A stretch of 64,000 bases of DNA. Origin: Octopus vulgaris. Lineage: Eukaryota. Below, piece after piece: positions 40,530 through 54,268 of the stretch (its first letter is position 1; each line of letters opens with the position of its first letter). The position numbers were made by a program, and so were the translations under genes. The stretch covers positions 170,314,001 to 170,378,000 of the forward strand of contig OX597816.1 of the NCBI GenBank assembly GCA_951406725.2, read 5' to 3'. The notes beneath the pieces are model-generated. The model had not been told where the DNA came from and did no database searches. It saw only the letters and a program-made list of their open reading frames with translations.

Positions 40530-42120
40530 TATTCAGTCGCAAATGGTACTACTTACCTACTTCCAAAGAATAATGAAACTAAGTTTCCCAAAACTATCGA
40601 CCCCATAACCTGTCTATCTATCATATATAAAATGTTAGCATTCACGTAGAGACAACATACGTCATTATAGAACAGAACGATATTTTCCCCACTGAACAAA
40701 GAGGGTGCGGGTGTGCATCATATTGATGCAAAGATTAACTCCAAGTCGAATGATCCTTGAGAACTATTATAACAAACGCAGAAATTTCTATTCCACCTGA
40801 ATTGATTATGAAAAGGCCTTGACAGCACATCGCATTCATCGATCTTGAAATTGTTGTATATCTTCAAAATATTTCCTGTAAGTTCAAACTTCTTCAAGCA
40901 CAACATGCCAGTGTGGAATACAAATTTCCATTTCTACCACTCCAATGGAATATTAACTAACAAACAATATTTTATTGCCAACTGTGGAATTTTCCAAGGT
41001 GATTCACTTGCACGTCTAATTTTTTGTATAACTCTAATACCCGTTACAAGTGAACTTAACAGAACAGGGTATGGGTATAAAATTGACGACAAGAAAATTC
41101 GACATACCCGATTTAAAACTACATAGCGAAGACGATAATGAGCTTGAAGGCTTATTACGTACTGTGAAAGCGTTCAGTGATGACATCGGGATGGAATTTG
41201 GTCTTGATAAATGTGCCAAAGCCACTTTCCAGAAACACACTCATCAATAGCTAATAAACCAGTTATTGTTGTGAGACACCAAAACAAAAAGTCTGTTTAT
41301 TGATTGACATGTGCATACCATGTTCATGATATATCTCGGGAAAAGAATTTAACAAGCTCAGAAAATATGGAAGCACTCCGTCGGTTCCGACGACGAGGGT
41401 TCCGGTTGATCCGACCAACGGAACAGCCTGCTCGTGAAATTAACGTGTAAGTGGCTGAGCACTCCACAGACACGTGTACCCTTAACGTAGTTCTCGGGGA
41501 TATTCAGCGTGACACAGAGAGTGACAAGGCCGGCCCCTTGAAATACAGGTACAACAGAAACAGGAAGTAAGAGTGAGAGAAAGTTGTGGTTAAAGAGTAC
41601 AGCAGGGATCACCACCATCCCCTGCCGGAGCATCGTGGAGCTTTTAGGTGTTTTCGCTCAATAAACACTCACAACGCCCGATCTGGGAATCGAAACCGCG
41701 ATCCTACGACCGCGAGTCCGCTGCCCTAACCACTGGGCCATTGCGCCTCCACTCAGAAAATATAAAGATTTACTGACTGTAATCGAAAAAAGTGGCATCT
41801 CAAGACGGTTACAATACCAGTGATTGTAGGAGCACTTGGAATGATCAAAACAAGGCACTAAGAATTATTTAAGGATGATCCCTGATTTACCATCCATGCA
41901 AGAAGTGCAAAGAAACTGTCTTAACTGGTACGTCATAAGTATTGAGCAGAGTATTGTGAATTTTCTTTCCTTTTTCACCTTTTATTTTCTATCACGTGCT
42001 TTTGCAAATGAACGATCTGGTGTCTTTATTTTAATGGCCTAGCAATGCATACAGTGAGTTCCTTTGTGCTTGGTGGCGGAAAGACATTAGTAAAGAAATG
42101 GAAACAAAATTGAAAGAAGA
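40530..42120 (+). mobile_element. Decayed, internally deleted R4/Dong LINE (RT to 3' end), interrupted by a SINE
   Basis: NYRPITCL, EQRGC, GIFQGDSL, FSDDIGMEFGLDKCA, then PVIVGALGMI after 41760. Confidence 0.88.
41369..41751 (-). mobile_element. SINE family B, full length, 12 bp TSD
   Basis: TSD ctcagaaaatat at 41357-41368 and 41752-41763. Confidence 0.96.
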
Positions 42121-43077
42121 TCATGATAATAATATTAATGATAAATTATAAACTTTAAAATGTATTGATCCTATGAATATAATGTACAATTGCTATCAGA
42201 ATACATTTAGAATAACAGAAAATATCTGCATTGATATGGAAAATAAATTTTCTACTAAATGGTAGAAGAAATATTCGATAGATATGTTTTGTATAGTGTT
42301 TGAATTCTCATATATCGTTGGCTTGTATATTATTCCTATTGAGTGCATGTCCCACAATTTTTTACCTTGGAAAATGCGGCTAGAGTAAAAGATATTTTAA
42401 GACAAATATTGGGAACAAAGAATATGATTAGAAAAATTGAAATAATTATAAGACTGAGAGCTTTGAAAATGCATTCATGCTCATTTTTGCTAGACACAAA
42501 AGCAGAGTATTTTAGTAACGGGTTTCGAAGTAGCCGTAGCTAGCATTCATAAATTTATCCGGAAATTAGCAAAGTGAGTTAAAAAGTATAATCGGAAATT
42601 GAAATCGTGTCGCAGTATTGATTTTCTTGAGGTAAACCCTAGCTATGAGGTACTCATCAGAATTCAGAAGTTACAACAATAGTGAATATAGAGTTAGTAG
42701 ACACATCGATAAAACGGTCGTCGTTAATTATATGTGGCTTTATCGTTATGAGTTCAAAAACTGCCGAAGTCCATATAATTTTTGCAGCAGGATTACTAAA
42801 ATAAGTACCATAGCATACGTTTGCCGATATTAAACAACAATGCCTTCTCACAGTCTATTTATTTTGGCATGTACTAGACATCAAAATAAAAATATCTCAT
42901 AAATTATAAATATTCATTTCTATGACATCTAACACAATGTTCATGGAAAAGTCAGTATCAAATAATACTTATTTATAACACAAAAATGAATCATGAAAAA
43001 ATGACGACTTCATTGAATTTATATCCCTTCTTAGTATGGATTTAATAGAACGGAAAGAGAAATAATTCAGTACATAT

Positions 43078-43361
43078 GAGTAAAACCTATTTGCCAATGT
43101 TAAGTCACAGTCCTGATTAGGACGATGTTACTACTTATTTTAGCCCCAGAAAAAAACTATTTTCCAGCTGGCTACCGACGCACAACTACGTCCTTATACT
43201 TCGAACAAGGGAGTGGAGATAATAGCAGCCTTGTTCGAGATATAAGGACGCAGTTGTACGTCAGTAGCCAGTTGGAAAGGATGTTTTTCTGAGGCTGAAA
43301 AAAGGCAGTAACATCGTCCTAAACAGGACTGCCCCTTTACGTTGACAAATAGATTTTATTC
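43078..43361. mobile_element. ~285 bp foldback (MITE-like) element
   Basis: ~130 bp imperfect arms meeting at cgaacaagg...ccttgttcg. Confidence 0.85.
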
Positions 43362-43501
43362 TATATGTATATAGTAATTTGCCATATGAATCATTGGATG
43401 ATTCAGCAATAAATGAATAATAAATACACACACAAAAGACGAAGACAGGTGGTGTACAAAACAAAGAGATGTATTAGTATAACGCTCAGGAATAGAAAAA
43501 G

Positions 43502-43539
43502 TCTTTTACGTTTCGAGCCTACGCTCTTCTACAGAAAGG
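43502..43539 (-). ncRNA. Minimal hammerhead-like motif, core CUGUAGA, inside repeat 43415-43610
   Basis: CUUU-CUGUAGA-A-GAGC(GUAG)GCUC-GAAA-CG-UA-AAAG. Confidence 0.6.
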
Positions 43540-44168
43540 AACACAGAAAAAACAGGGAGAGAAACAAAGAGAGAAAAAATGTGTGTAGTGGCTAACGATC
43601 TATCATGTATATATGCGAATAAAATATACGTGTGTGGTTGAGCGCGAATTTTTGAGGCTACATGTCTACATAATGTGTAACTGTTTATGTATGCCCATAT
43701 ATGTTTATGTCTGTATGTATCGTGTTTGTGTGTGAGAGAATGCTAGGCTGGTGAATTTAGTAGTATATGCATGCATGTGTGTGCGTGTGTCTGTGTGGTT
43801 GAGATGGCCTATGTGTTCGCATGCACGCCTACACGTGAGTGTGTGTGACTAAGTGAGACGTATGTTAGATGTATGTGTATGTGCAGTCGTGGTTAGCTCG
43901 CAGTTAAAATGAGCGATGGATATGTGTTTGCGTGTGTAATTGAGCGTGGGTGTGCACGTGAGTGTATACTTATGGTTGAGCGTGGGAGGAGCTGTATGTA
44001 TTCATGTTTATATGCATACATATATATATGTGTGTGTGTGTACATATGCGCATAAATATGTGTATATTCTGTGTGTATGCATTCGGAAGGGATATAGAGA
44101 GATGAAAGACATGGAATAAGATAAAGAGGTAAAGAGAGAGGTGTGGAGAGAAAAAAGGAGGAACGGAG

Positions 44169-44212
<44 letters not shown>

Positions 44213-45084
44213 GAAATCAGAATATAAAAGGAGAATTAGTTTATGTTTTTTTTTATCATGACCTCATAAATTACATAGGTTTTTGCACGTGTCTCAAAAG
44301 CGAATACTAATATGTTGTGCGGTAAATATTGCATAATCACATTGAAAAGCCAGATATTTATAAGAGAATGCCAAATAAATCCATTATTATTTACCAGCAC
44401 CAGCTGGTTAACAGGGCCACAGGTTTGGGTATATACATGAGAGAAAAGATCTTTACATGGTACTTAAGAAAAGGAAAGCAATAATTTTTATTACATCAGT
44501 GAAATATAAACAGGAATGTAGAATGGAAAAAAAGAAGCTCAACTACTTAAGCTGACATAGATCCAAAAAGAAAAAAAGATCATATTCAACAATGATAAAT
44601 AGTTTAGAAAGTAATAGTATGAAAGTAGGCTGGAATTTAGTTAGCGAGGATAGAGTTAGTATTTCTCACTCCTACACACGTCCGCACTCCCGCTTTATAC
44701 GTATAACTTTATATTTATTTGCACCTATTCATATATGTATATAAGTAGCTCCCTACCCACACACACACACGCACGCACGCTAAAGAAGAGAGATAGAGAA
44801 TAAAGAAAATAATACAAAATCCAATACATCAAGTAGTAACAAAAATAATTGCTAATATATTTTAGAACGGCTGTCTAATAGATGGTGACGTAATTAATGA
44901 ACATATGCAAAAGATAATGATTGTGTACACCTAGCTAACAAAATAAGGAATAAAAATCAACTTTACCATGAGAAATTTAAGAGGAATTTGTTTTAATATA
45001 GACCATATAAAATATACCTATGTATACTTTGTAATTATCTTACACCAACTGATTTAATATCATCTTATCTCTTATTCTTAATAT

Positions 45085-45640
45085 TGATTTCAGATTTTTG
45101 CACAAAGTCAGCAATTTCGGGTTAGGAGGTAAGACGATTACTTTAACTTAAGTACCCAATTGATATTAATATTTTGACCCCGACATTATTTATTTTTTAA
45201 TTTTAGTATTATTGTCCAATCTAAGGTAGCGAGCTGGCAGAATCCTTAGCACTCCAGACAAATGGCTTAGCGGCATTTCGTACGTCTTATATTTTGAGTT
45301 CAAATTCTGTCGAGGTTGACTTTGCCTTTCATGCTTTCACGTTTGATAAAATAAGTAGCAGTTGAGCACTGAATGCAATCTATACGTGTCCAGCTTTAAT
45401 TTAGCTCCAGGTTTCCGTTTTCTTTACTCGTTTCTTATTAGTTTTCGATGATTTAACTATTTAAGTTAAAATATTGCTAAACTATCACGTTCTGAGTTTA
45501 AATGCCGCCGGGGTCGAATTTGCCTTACTTTTCATCCTTCAAAGATCGATAAATAAATTGCTAGTTGAGTACTGAGATCGAAGTAATCGACTTACTCTCA
45601 CTCGATATTGCTGGTCTAGTGCCGGAAATTGAAACCAATA
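45085..45640. mobile_element. Cluster of three decayed SINE family C fragments (minus, plus, plus)
   Basis: About 45085-45185, 45223-45370 and 45488-45640 match family C motifs. Confidence 0.8.
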
Positions 45641-45905
45641 TTGCTATTTCTTGATCAAAGGACATGTACATAATCTCATCCTCGTCGACTAACTTTTTCC
45701 CCGGTGGTGCTCCAACATAACCGGAGCCGCATGTCTGAAACGAGTAAAAGAATAAAAGAATAATTAAAATTAAATGGAGCGAATTAGAAAATATCTCGAA
45801 GGGGACAGCGTCAGGAATTTGGAGAACAAAGTCAAAAGGGAATGTACAGGAAAGACATCTATGAGAAATTCTTAATTTATTGAAATTTTCCTCATTGACT
45901 ACGCA

Positions 45906-46298
45906 GGCGTAGGAGTGGCTGTGTGGTAAGTAGCTTGCTTACCAACCACATGGTTCCAGGTTCAGTCCCACTGCGTGGCACCTTGGGCAAGTGTCTTCTA
46001 CTATAGTCTGGGGCCGAACAAAGCCGTGTGAGTGGATTTGGTAGACGGAAACTGAAAAAAGCTCGTCGTATATATGTATATACATATGTGTGTGTATGTT
46101 TGTGTGTGTGTTTGTCCCCCAACATCGCTTGACAACTGATGCTGGTGTGTTTACGTCTCCGTAACTTAGCGGTTCGGCAAAAGAGACCGATAGAATAAGT
46201 ACTAGGCTTACAAAGAATAAGTCCTGGGGTCGATTAGTTCGACTAAAGTCGGTGCTCCAGCATGGCCGCAGTCAAATGACTGAAACAAGTAAAAGAGT
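45906..46298 (+). mobile_element. SINE family A
   Basis: Full length. Confidence 0.95.
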
Positions 46299-46447
46299 GA
46301 CAGAGGAGAATTAAACCCAGTGAAAAATGTTAGCCATTGAAAAATTGAAGGGGCAGTTAATTTTAAGTTATTAGAAAACTCTGTATTAAAAATAACGGCT
46401 TGTATAGTAGATATTTTAATCCTTTTATGCTAATCCATCTGATATCA

Positions 46448-46739
46448 ATGATAAATCTCAGAGCGAGTTATAAACAGTAGCGGCAACACATCGTGACGTA
46501 TATTTGCCATTTGAATATGGCTAACCCCTAAGGATGGATGCTACTGTAGTTTGTAGCCCCAGGAAGACACCTCCTTATGATACACATAAGTTGAAGACGG
46601 GAAGGATGACTTCCCTTCACAAATACTGATAGGACACAGAAAGTGTGTCTATAGCCAGCAGGAGGAGGTGTCTTCTTGGGGCTACAAACTATAGTAGCAT
46701 CCACCCTTAGGGGTTAGCCATATTCAGATGACAAATATA
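46448..46739. mobile_element. Asymmetric foldback element, copy 2 (opposite orientation), ~12 bp TSD
   Basis: Same arms and extension as 29909-30168; catctgatatca at 46436-46447 and 46740-46751. Confidence 0.9.
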
Positions 46740-47639
46740 CATCTGATATCATCCCTCTTATATCAGAGAACTTATTCAACGTTGCATATCTGTCTTCCGA
46801 AGCTTATAAGATACAACACTGGTCGAGAACCTGGATTGAACAATCTACTAGTTTTTCATATTCCGTTTCACAAATTCCATTTCATTCAGCTCATATAATT
46901 TTCCCCGATCTCTTTATTTACATATTTCATGTGTTCTTATTTCAGTCTTTGAAGCTTCTTTCATAATTTAATTTGATTTTTATTTTCATTTATTGAACAA
47001 ATATTTTTCAGCAATTACCCCAAAATTTCGTCTCAACGCTCAAAACTTCATATATTGTTCTACACTTCAATACATCTTACATTTTATCTATCTCTCTTTA
47101 TATAAATTCATTTTTCTTCAACAAATTTATTGTTTTCACATCTTTTCATCTTGCTCTCTTTCTCTCATTTTCTTTATATCTTCGACCTTTTGCTTTAGCT
47201 TTCCTCTTACATTTCTTCACTGATTTTTTCTTCCCATATCTTCTTGCTTCCTCACTGCTATTTTTTACCTTTGTTCACTGTTGTTCATTTCCTTTTTATT
47301 CATTTCTTTCTGGTTCTTTCTTTTATGTCTTCAATTATTTCATCAGCTCTCTATTCATTTTACACACTGATTTTTTTTTCTTTATCACTGCATTGATTTA
47401 AGTGTCTGATGTTTATAACTTAGAAATAGAAGTAGAATTATTGATTTAAATTCCACTCTGCCAGAGTTTATGTATGATCAAAGACGTGCAAAGTGTCATC
47501 ACATTCTCCAGTTCTTGTTATTCACTCATCTCTGGTTTGATCACGATTTCCTCCTTATGTTTCCATCACACATGACCATATGGATATTCCTTAGTTAGCT
47601 TATTTTATTAGTCAAGTGTTGGGTTAAGATTCAGAGTAG

Positions 47640-48110
47640 AGCTACGACTCAATCCCCTGGAGCGGAAACGGGAGAGGCATGCAGTGATATATGTGTGGAA
47701 GATACTGGAGGGGCTGGTACCAAACTTTGGAATCGAGAGCTATACTAGACCTCGAATTGGATGTCACTGCACTGTGTCAAAGATCCTAGCTATCCCATCT
47801 AGAGTCAGGACCGGGGACTACAATACCTTGGGATTCCAGGGGCCGCAGCGATTTAACGCCTTTCCAAAACATCTGAAGGACCTTCATGGAGTGGGGTAGA
47901 AAAAAACTTGATCCTTTGGTATTCAAGGACCTAGATAAACCAATATCAAGGCAGGAGACTCAAGAGAGGGCAGCATTGTCGAACTCCCTCCTTCACCAAA
48001 AGCCAATCACATAAGATTGGCCATTGAAAAGGTGATTACACAGGCAGTGCCGCAGCATGGCCGCAGCATGGCTGCAGCCTTAGGACTGCAACGTATAGTG
48101 GAATAAAAGA
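47640..48110 (+). mobile_element. CR1-like LINE 3' end
   Basis: LERKRERHAVIYVWKILEGLVPNFGI...QGPQRFNAFPKHLKDL...RAALSNSLLHQ, then a short 3' UTR. Confidence 0.85.
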
Positions 48111-48689
48111 ATATGTACATATGTATATAAGGACTCGTAAAACGCTACCCATTTAACTCCTGATATTATTTATATTCTGTAAGTGCGACTATTTTATATT
48201 CATAGACATGTACATTTGTTCTATTCAATGTATTTAATATCCTGTGTAGATCGACTTGCCTAACTTCCTTGTCATTACATTTACTCATCTACCGGCCCAA
48301 GTTCAAATCTCTTGAGCACTTCGAAGTGTATTCTATATAGAGAACACCTACTCTAATTTATAAAGTATATGTATTTATATATATATAACTGTAGAGTACA
48401 TACACACCAGCACTCGGTTCAACAGATGCAGTTATAGATAAATTCTATTCCGGTTTACGAATATTACTAAACGAAATTCTGAATCGAGATAAGATTGTTA
48501 TTAGGTTTTAGGAGATTTTAATGCTTGTGTTGGATTAGATTATCTTTCTTACAATATTTACATTATCTACATTATTTACATTTGACGGATATTTGTCCTC
48601 ATCTTGTTTGTTGTTAGCACAACGTTTCGGCTTATATACCCACCAGTTTTCCTAAGGCAGTTACTATCTTTTTTCAGTGAGTTCATCTT

Positions 48690-51580
48690 TCTTTACCCTG
48701 TGCACAATTTCAACAGTCCCATAAAAAACAAAATAACTAAGTGTAATCCTAGATTAGGATATGGTCGATTGATAATGTGGTTGTCTGAAGCCCAGATAGA
48801 AATAATGTTATATTAAGACGTTCTTTCAATAACGCAGAATTCTGGTCTGTCAATGCAATGTTTTGTAGATAAATAAAAATGAAACCAAAGCGGACCGTAA
48901 TACAAAACAGTTCAAACATTATAAGGAAATCTGATACTTCAGAACTCAAAGTAGATAACAAAAAAGATATTCTCTCTCAAACATTTGACGTAAAGTTAAG
49001 TAATTTTAGAATCACGGCAAATATATGAGATTGCTGAATCACCTAGAGAGGTTCTTGGGTTTACATGCTGTAAAAAAAACAGGACTAGATTGGCGAGAAT
49101 TAGGTTATAAATAAACAACTTGAAGAAATGTAAAACTTCGCAATTAATCGATTGCTCATCAGAACATTGCCAGAAAGTAAAAGCGTCACAGGTCCGCAAA
49201 ACCTCTATTCAGAGTAGACTCAGAAAAATAAAGCAACAGTTGTGAGAACAAATTTCTTAAAGCTCTGACAGAATCAACCCACAAATATCATATAAATGGT
49301 CTTTATCAAAATTTTAAGTGGGCATTTGTTCCAAGTAAAAAATAAGGGTGCTTTCCTGTTCTTTCTAGAGAACAGAATCTTCTCACAGATCGAACAACAC
49401 ACTGAAACTTAGAGTAAAACATTTTAAATATGTATTCAATAGAGATGCATATGAAAGCATGAAATCAATCAGTAGATCCATATTTGAATGAAGTGAAAGT
49501 GGTTCTAAAACAATTGAAAAAGAGAAAAGCTCTGGAAGAGTATGATATTCCTGGAGGAATTCTTAAATGGGGCGGTAATATATTGATAAGCTAACAGAGC
49601 TTTATATTCCAAATGTGGTAAATAGGAACACTGCCCCTCAATAATTTAAAGATGTAATGATTGTAAATCTATATACGTATCAAGGTAAGAAGTGTAAATG
49701 TGACAATCGTCTTGGCATATCGTTGCGCTCTGTTGCAGGGAAAATCCTCTCTACGGTCACCTTAAACAGATTTAACACAGACTTAATCGGTTCTGTCAAT
49801 TCAGAGAGACAGAATGAATTTAGCGCAGGTAGAAGGACAGTGCCCATAATATGCAGTTTGCGACAAGTTCAAGCGAAGGTTCAGGAGCACAATAAAGACC
49901 TCTATGTGGTATTTGTTGACCTTCCAAAAACATTTGACTGTACGCGAGTAGACTTTGTGGAAAGAATTAGAAATGCTCAGAAATCCCGAGCAAGTGCGAA
50001 ATGTCATAGTGTTCCTACATAAAGATATGAAGGCATCTGTTCTCTCAAATGGTTAACAATCTCAGCCTTTTGATATTATAAATGGTACAAAAGAAGGTTG
50101 TGATTTGGCACCAGTATTATTTGCACTATATTTTGCAATAATGCTGGATTGTGCCTTTTCTGATGAAGAAGAGGATGTGTTTCTTGAATGAAGGACACTG
50201 GGTGAAATCTTCAATCAACAATATTTCAAAGCAAGAGCTAAAGTTGCATCTCAGACAATAAAGCACTTACTGTTGTTTGCATATGATTATATCCCAGTTG
50301 GAGTGGGAGCACTCCGTCGGTTACGAAGACGAGAGTTCCGGTTGATCCGACCAACGGAACAGCCTGCTCGTGAAATTAACGTGTAAGTGGCTGAGCACTC
50401 CACAGACACGTGTACCCTTAACGCAGTTCTCGGGGATATTCAGCATGACACAGAGAGTGACAAGGCCGGCCCTTTGAAATACAGGTACAACAGAAACAGG
50501 AAGTAAGAGTGAGAGAAAGTTGTGGTGAAAGAGTACAGCAAGGATCACCACCATCCCCTGCCGGAGCCTCGTGGAGCTTTAGGTGTTTTCGCTCAATAAA
50601 CACTCACAACGCCCGGTCTGGGAATCGAAACCGCGAGTCCGCTGCCCTAACCACTGGACCATTGCGCCTCCATATCCCAGTTACTCATACAGTCGAAGGC
50701 ATGCACCCCATTATTGATAAATTTGCAGTATCAGCCAAATCATTCGGCTTAACTATCAGCATAAAAAGACTGAAAGTTTTTTCAGCCACATCCTGTTAAC
50801 AACCCAGAAATCTTGCCCAGCGTGTTGTTGAATGCAAAGCTTTGCAACCAGTTGATACTTTCACACGTTTAAATTCTACAGTAAAAGCAATGCTAACCTC
50901 GTAATGGAAAGATAAGTACAGTTTTGGGGAAACTTTATGGTCGACTTTTGAATGCTCGTGACGTCTCATCAAGAACAACAAAAAAAGATGTGCATAAGTT
51001 ATACTAACAACTCTCTTATATGGAACAGAGACCTGGACACCTTATCGTATGCACATCAGTCAACAGAAAAGCTTTCATTTGAAATGTCTTGGGTAAATAT
51101 GCAAGGTTGAGAAGGTTGATAGAGTAAAGATTACTACTATCCTGGAAATGTGTGGAATACCAAGAATAGAGGCTTTATTTAATCAAGTCTCAGATCTGGT
51201 AGTGTGGACACATCATTCACATGTATGACAGTCGAATACCAAGACAATTTTTTTATGGTCAGCTTGTAAATTCAGGACGTAATGTAGAACGCCGACTTCT
51301 ATGATATAAGGATAAATTCAGAGATAATTTGAAATGCCTTTAATATTAGAAAATAAAACTTTGATAATCTTGCGAGAAACCGTGCAGATTGAAGGAGAGA
51401 GGGCTTTCCTCAGCTTCAAAATTCCGATACTCAAAGGTTACTGCAGCAAGATCAGTTATGGGAAAATAGGAAAATGAATTAACAGAACAACAGTCTTGCG
51501 GCACACAACCATTGTTGACATTGTGATTTCTCGGCTTGATCACTTGCTGCTTTAATAAGTCATGCTCGTATCAATATTGT
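48690..51580 (+). mobile_element. Decayed RTE-clade LINE (end of APE domain, RT, C-terminus)
   Basis: NRLGISLRSVAGKIL...ERQNEFSAGRRT...LRQVQAKVQEHNKDLYVVFVDLPKTFD, GCDLAPVLF, FGLTISIK, LLYGTETWT, RIPRQFFYGQL. Confidence 0.92.
50300..50671 (-). mobile_element. SINE family B, 11 bp TSD, inserted beside the RTE catalytic motif
   Basis: TSD atatcccagtt at 50289-50299 and 50672-50682. Confidence 0.96.
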
Positions 51581-52009
51581 ATTCTGTGGTCTGAGGACTC
51601 TCGTGAGGAGTCACCAAGTGCAGTGAATGGATTGTAAACATTGGTGAACAGTGATAAAAATAATGTGATGGTGTTGTTTATAGTGTATGGTTTTCTGATT
51701 CCTTGTCGTGATTCCTTGTCGAATTGTTTTTCTCTTCTCGCTGAACACTTACACGTCATCCTCGATGGAAGAGTCCGATATAGTCATACATACATACATA
51801 CATACATACATGTCACATACATACATACACACATACATACACATATGCATACACATACATACATACACATATACATACGTAAGTTTTTATTCAGTATACT
51901 GAAAGTTAATGTAAATTCGACATTATAAAAAGTAATAGTTAATCGCTGTGCCAATATATCTCTTTTGAACAAAATATATTCATTTCATCATTGCTCATAT
52001 AAACGAAAG

Positions 52010-52298
52010 TGGTTGTACATGATTTAGCGGTTAGGGTAATAGGCTGACGATCGTAATGTCGTGAGTTGAATTCCTGGCAGCAGGTGGTGACCTTGAGCAA
52101 GATACAAGATGCTCCAGTTCACTCAGGTGGAAAATATGAGTTGTTCCTCTAATTGTAAGGGCCAGCCTTGTTACAGTCTGTATGTTCGTCAGATCTACGT
52201 TAAGGGTAAGTGTGTCTGTGGCGTACTCAGCCACTTGCACATTAATTTCACGAGCGGGCTGTTCAGCTGATCGGATCAACTGGAACACTAGTCGTTGT
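52010..52298 (+). mobile_element. Old tRNA-derived SINE with the family B tail
   Basis: gagttgaattcc, gaccttgagcaagatac, tail as in 4910-5228. Confidence 0.8.
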
Positions 52299-54122
52299 GT
52301 TATATAAAGTTAGTTATACAAAAGAAAACTGGTTAATTAGGTATTACAGTTATTAAATCTATTTTACTTTATTAAGCGGTGAAATGAAAAGCTATCAACT
52401 TATTCAAAGCATATTATCAAGTAAAACAGTTTTCATCTGTTAAGCATTCAGTGTATGCTCAAGAAAACACTGATGCCATTGATTTCTTGTATTTGACCAA
52501 ACCTTTTGAGCCAGGGTTTTTTAGAATGTGTTAAATTACAAAATGTGGCGTCAATATCATGAATTTAAATAGTTAAGATACTTAGCGATGTTCTGAATTT
52601 AAATTAAGTAACATTTGGCGTCGGAAGCCAAAAACTGTGTGGCAGTTATTAACGACTCTCAAACAGAAGGAAATTTCATGTAATTAAGATATGAATTTAG
52701 AAAGCATTGACTTTTCGTAAAATCGGATGCTTGTTAGCAATCAAGGTTACAGATACTGTCACCGAACTTCATCTGCGAAGCAATGTCTTCACAGTCTTTT
52801 GAGCAATGAAAGAAATAGTTACAAGGATTGGAAAATGACTGGTGTATAATTTTGACTGTCAGTAGCATCCGCACAATCAGAGACAAATGGTTTGAGAAAT
52901 TAAAATAAGTGGATTAATGTTATGAATTTAGATACTCCACAGAAATTATATTGAAGACATTCGCTAAACATTCCCCGCAAACTGAATATTTTGATTAGTT
53001 GGTGAAAACATGGCAACTTCTAACAATTGGAAGCGACTCTCAAAATTGGAAGATAACTTAACAAACGTTCATGTTTATAGGAAATATGTCATTAGCTGTC
53101 ATCCTAATGGTCAACAAAGAATACTTTCTCATCCTAAGCATGATAATTGAATTTTCTGTGAAATTAATTTTTAAATTCTAAAAATAGTGTTTCATCTTTA
53201 AGAAATGCTAACAATTTCCACTAGATTTTCATTTTCTTATTCCAATTAAGATGCAAAATTCTATTCATTTCAAGGATTTTACGGTCGTCAATCAGCACAT
53301 CATCATCTGGTCTAATAATATGAAATACAATAAATATTATAAAAGCGTTACATATTTTAATGCAAATAAACTGTATTATTGGCTTATCACAGGGTAAGCT
53401 CTTCTCATTGTTTGCATCTTCAATTTATTCATAGTGACAACTATTTTTCGTACGTAGTTTAACATTTTACATATAGTAAATTGTCATATACAAAGTTTCG
53501 ATTTTGCCTATAAACGATGTCGGAAATCATTTGTGATAAGAAATGGAGTATCTAGCATTGATATGATACGTGACATATAACACAGTGCAAAGTGTCAGAT
53601 TTCATATCAGTAATCCTGTGTAGTGTAATGCCCGACTGGAAACTGACAGAAATATTTTGCTGATTTTTACATAAATTTCCATTAGAAGTAAGCTTTTTTT
53701 CTTCCGTAAAGAAAACTGTGGTAGCAATATTTCATAAAGAAAATTACTGCGTGGGCCAAGGGGAGGGAATGTGAATAAGTGAAATGACGTCAAAAAGAAT
53801 ATAGATGTAACCTATGATAAGGAAGCAATGGCATACGTTCTGCAATCATATTACTAGTTCAATCTCACTAATGGCAGGATACTCACTCATCACATATTTG
53901 AAAAAGGTAAATTGATATTGATAGATAACCGCCATTATATATAATAAGTTTATATCTTCTGCAAAAGGAAAATTATTAACAGGAATGAGCTATGCACTAT
54001 GAATTAAATGGAAGCAAGAATATACCAAATGTAACATTTTTTAAATTTGCGATCTCATGAAGAATCTTCAACTGGGAGTAGAGTCAAATCGGTGATATTT
54101 GTCAGTGAAATTGATGTTATAC

Positions 54123-54268
54123 TAGAGAATCTGTATACCTAAATATTTGCCAGAAAATAATGTCAGTGTTTTCTTTTGATTGCTTGTTCTGATTGCTTGT
54201 TGTAGAGAATCTAGATAACTAAATATTTCTAAGAAAATAATATCAGTGTTTTCTTCTGATTGCTTGTT
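54123..54268 (+). repeat. Tandem duplication of ~66 bp (80 bp period)
   Basis: tagagaatct...gattgcttgtt occurs twice. Confidence 0.9.

Noticed and set aside
46620-46655. CTGATAG followed by a gacaca/tgtgtc hairpin in the foldback element
   Set aside because: Core is not CUGANGA and no GAAA follows the stem
52430-52700. Possible ancient CR1 RT remnant (DAIDFLYLTKPFE)
   Set aside because: Single weak motif; not enough to call
53785-53792. CRE-like TGACGTCA site
   Set aside because: One 8-mer is expected by chance in 64 kb and there is no gene context
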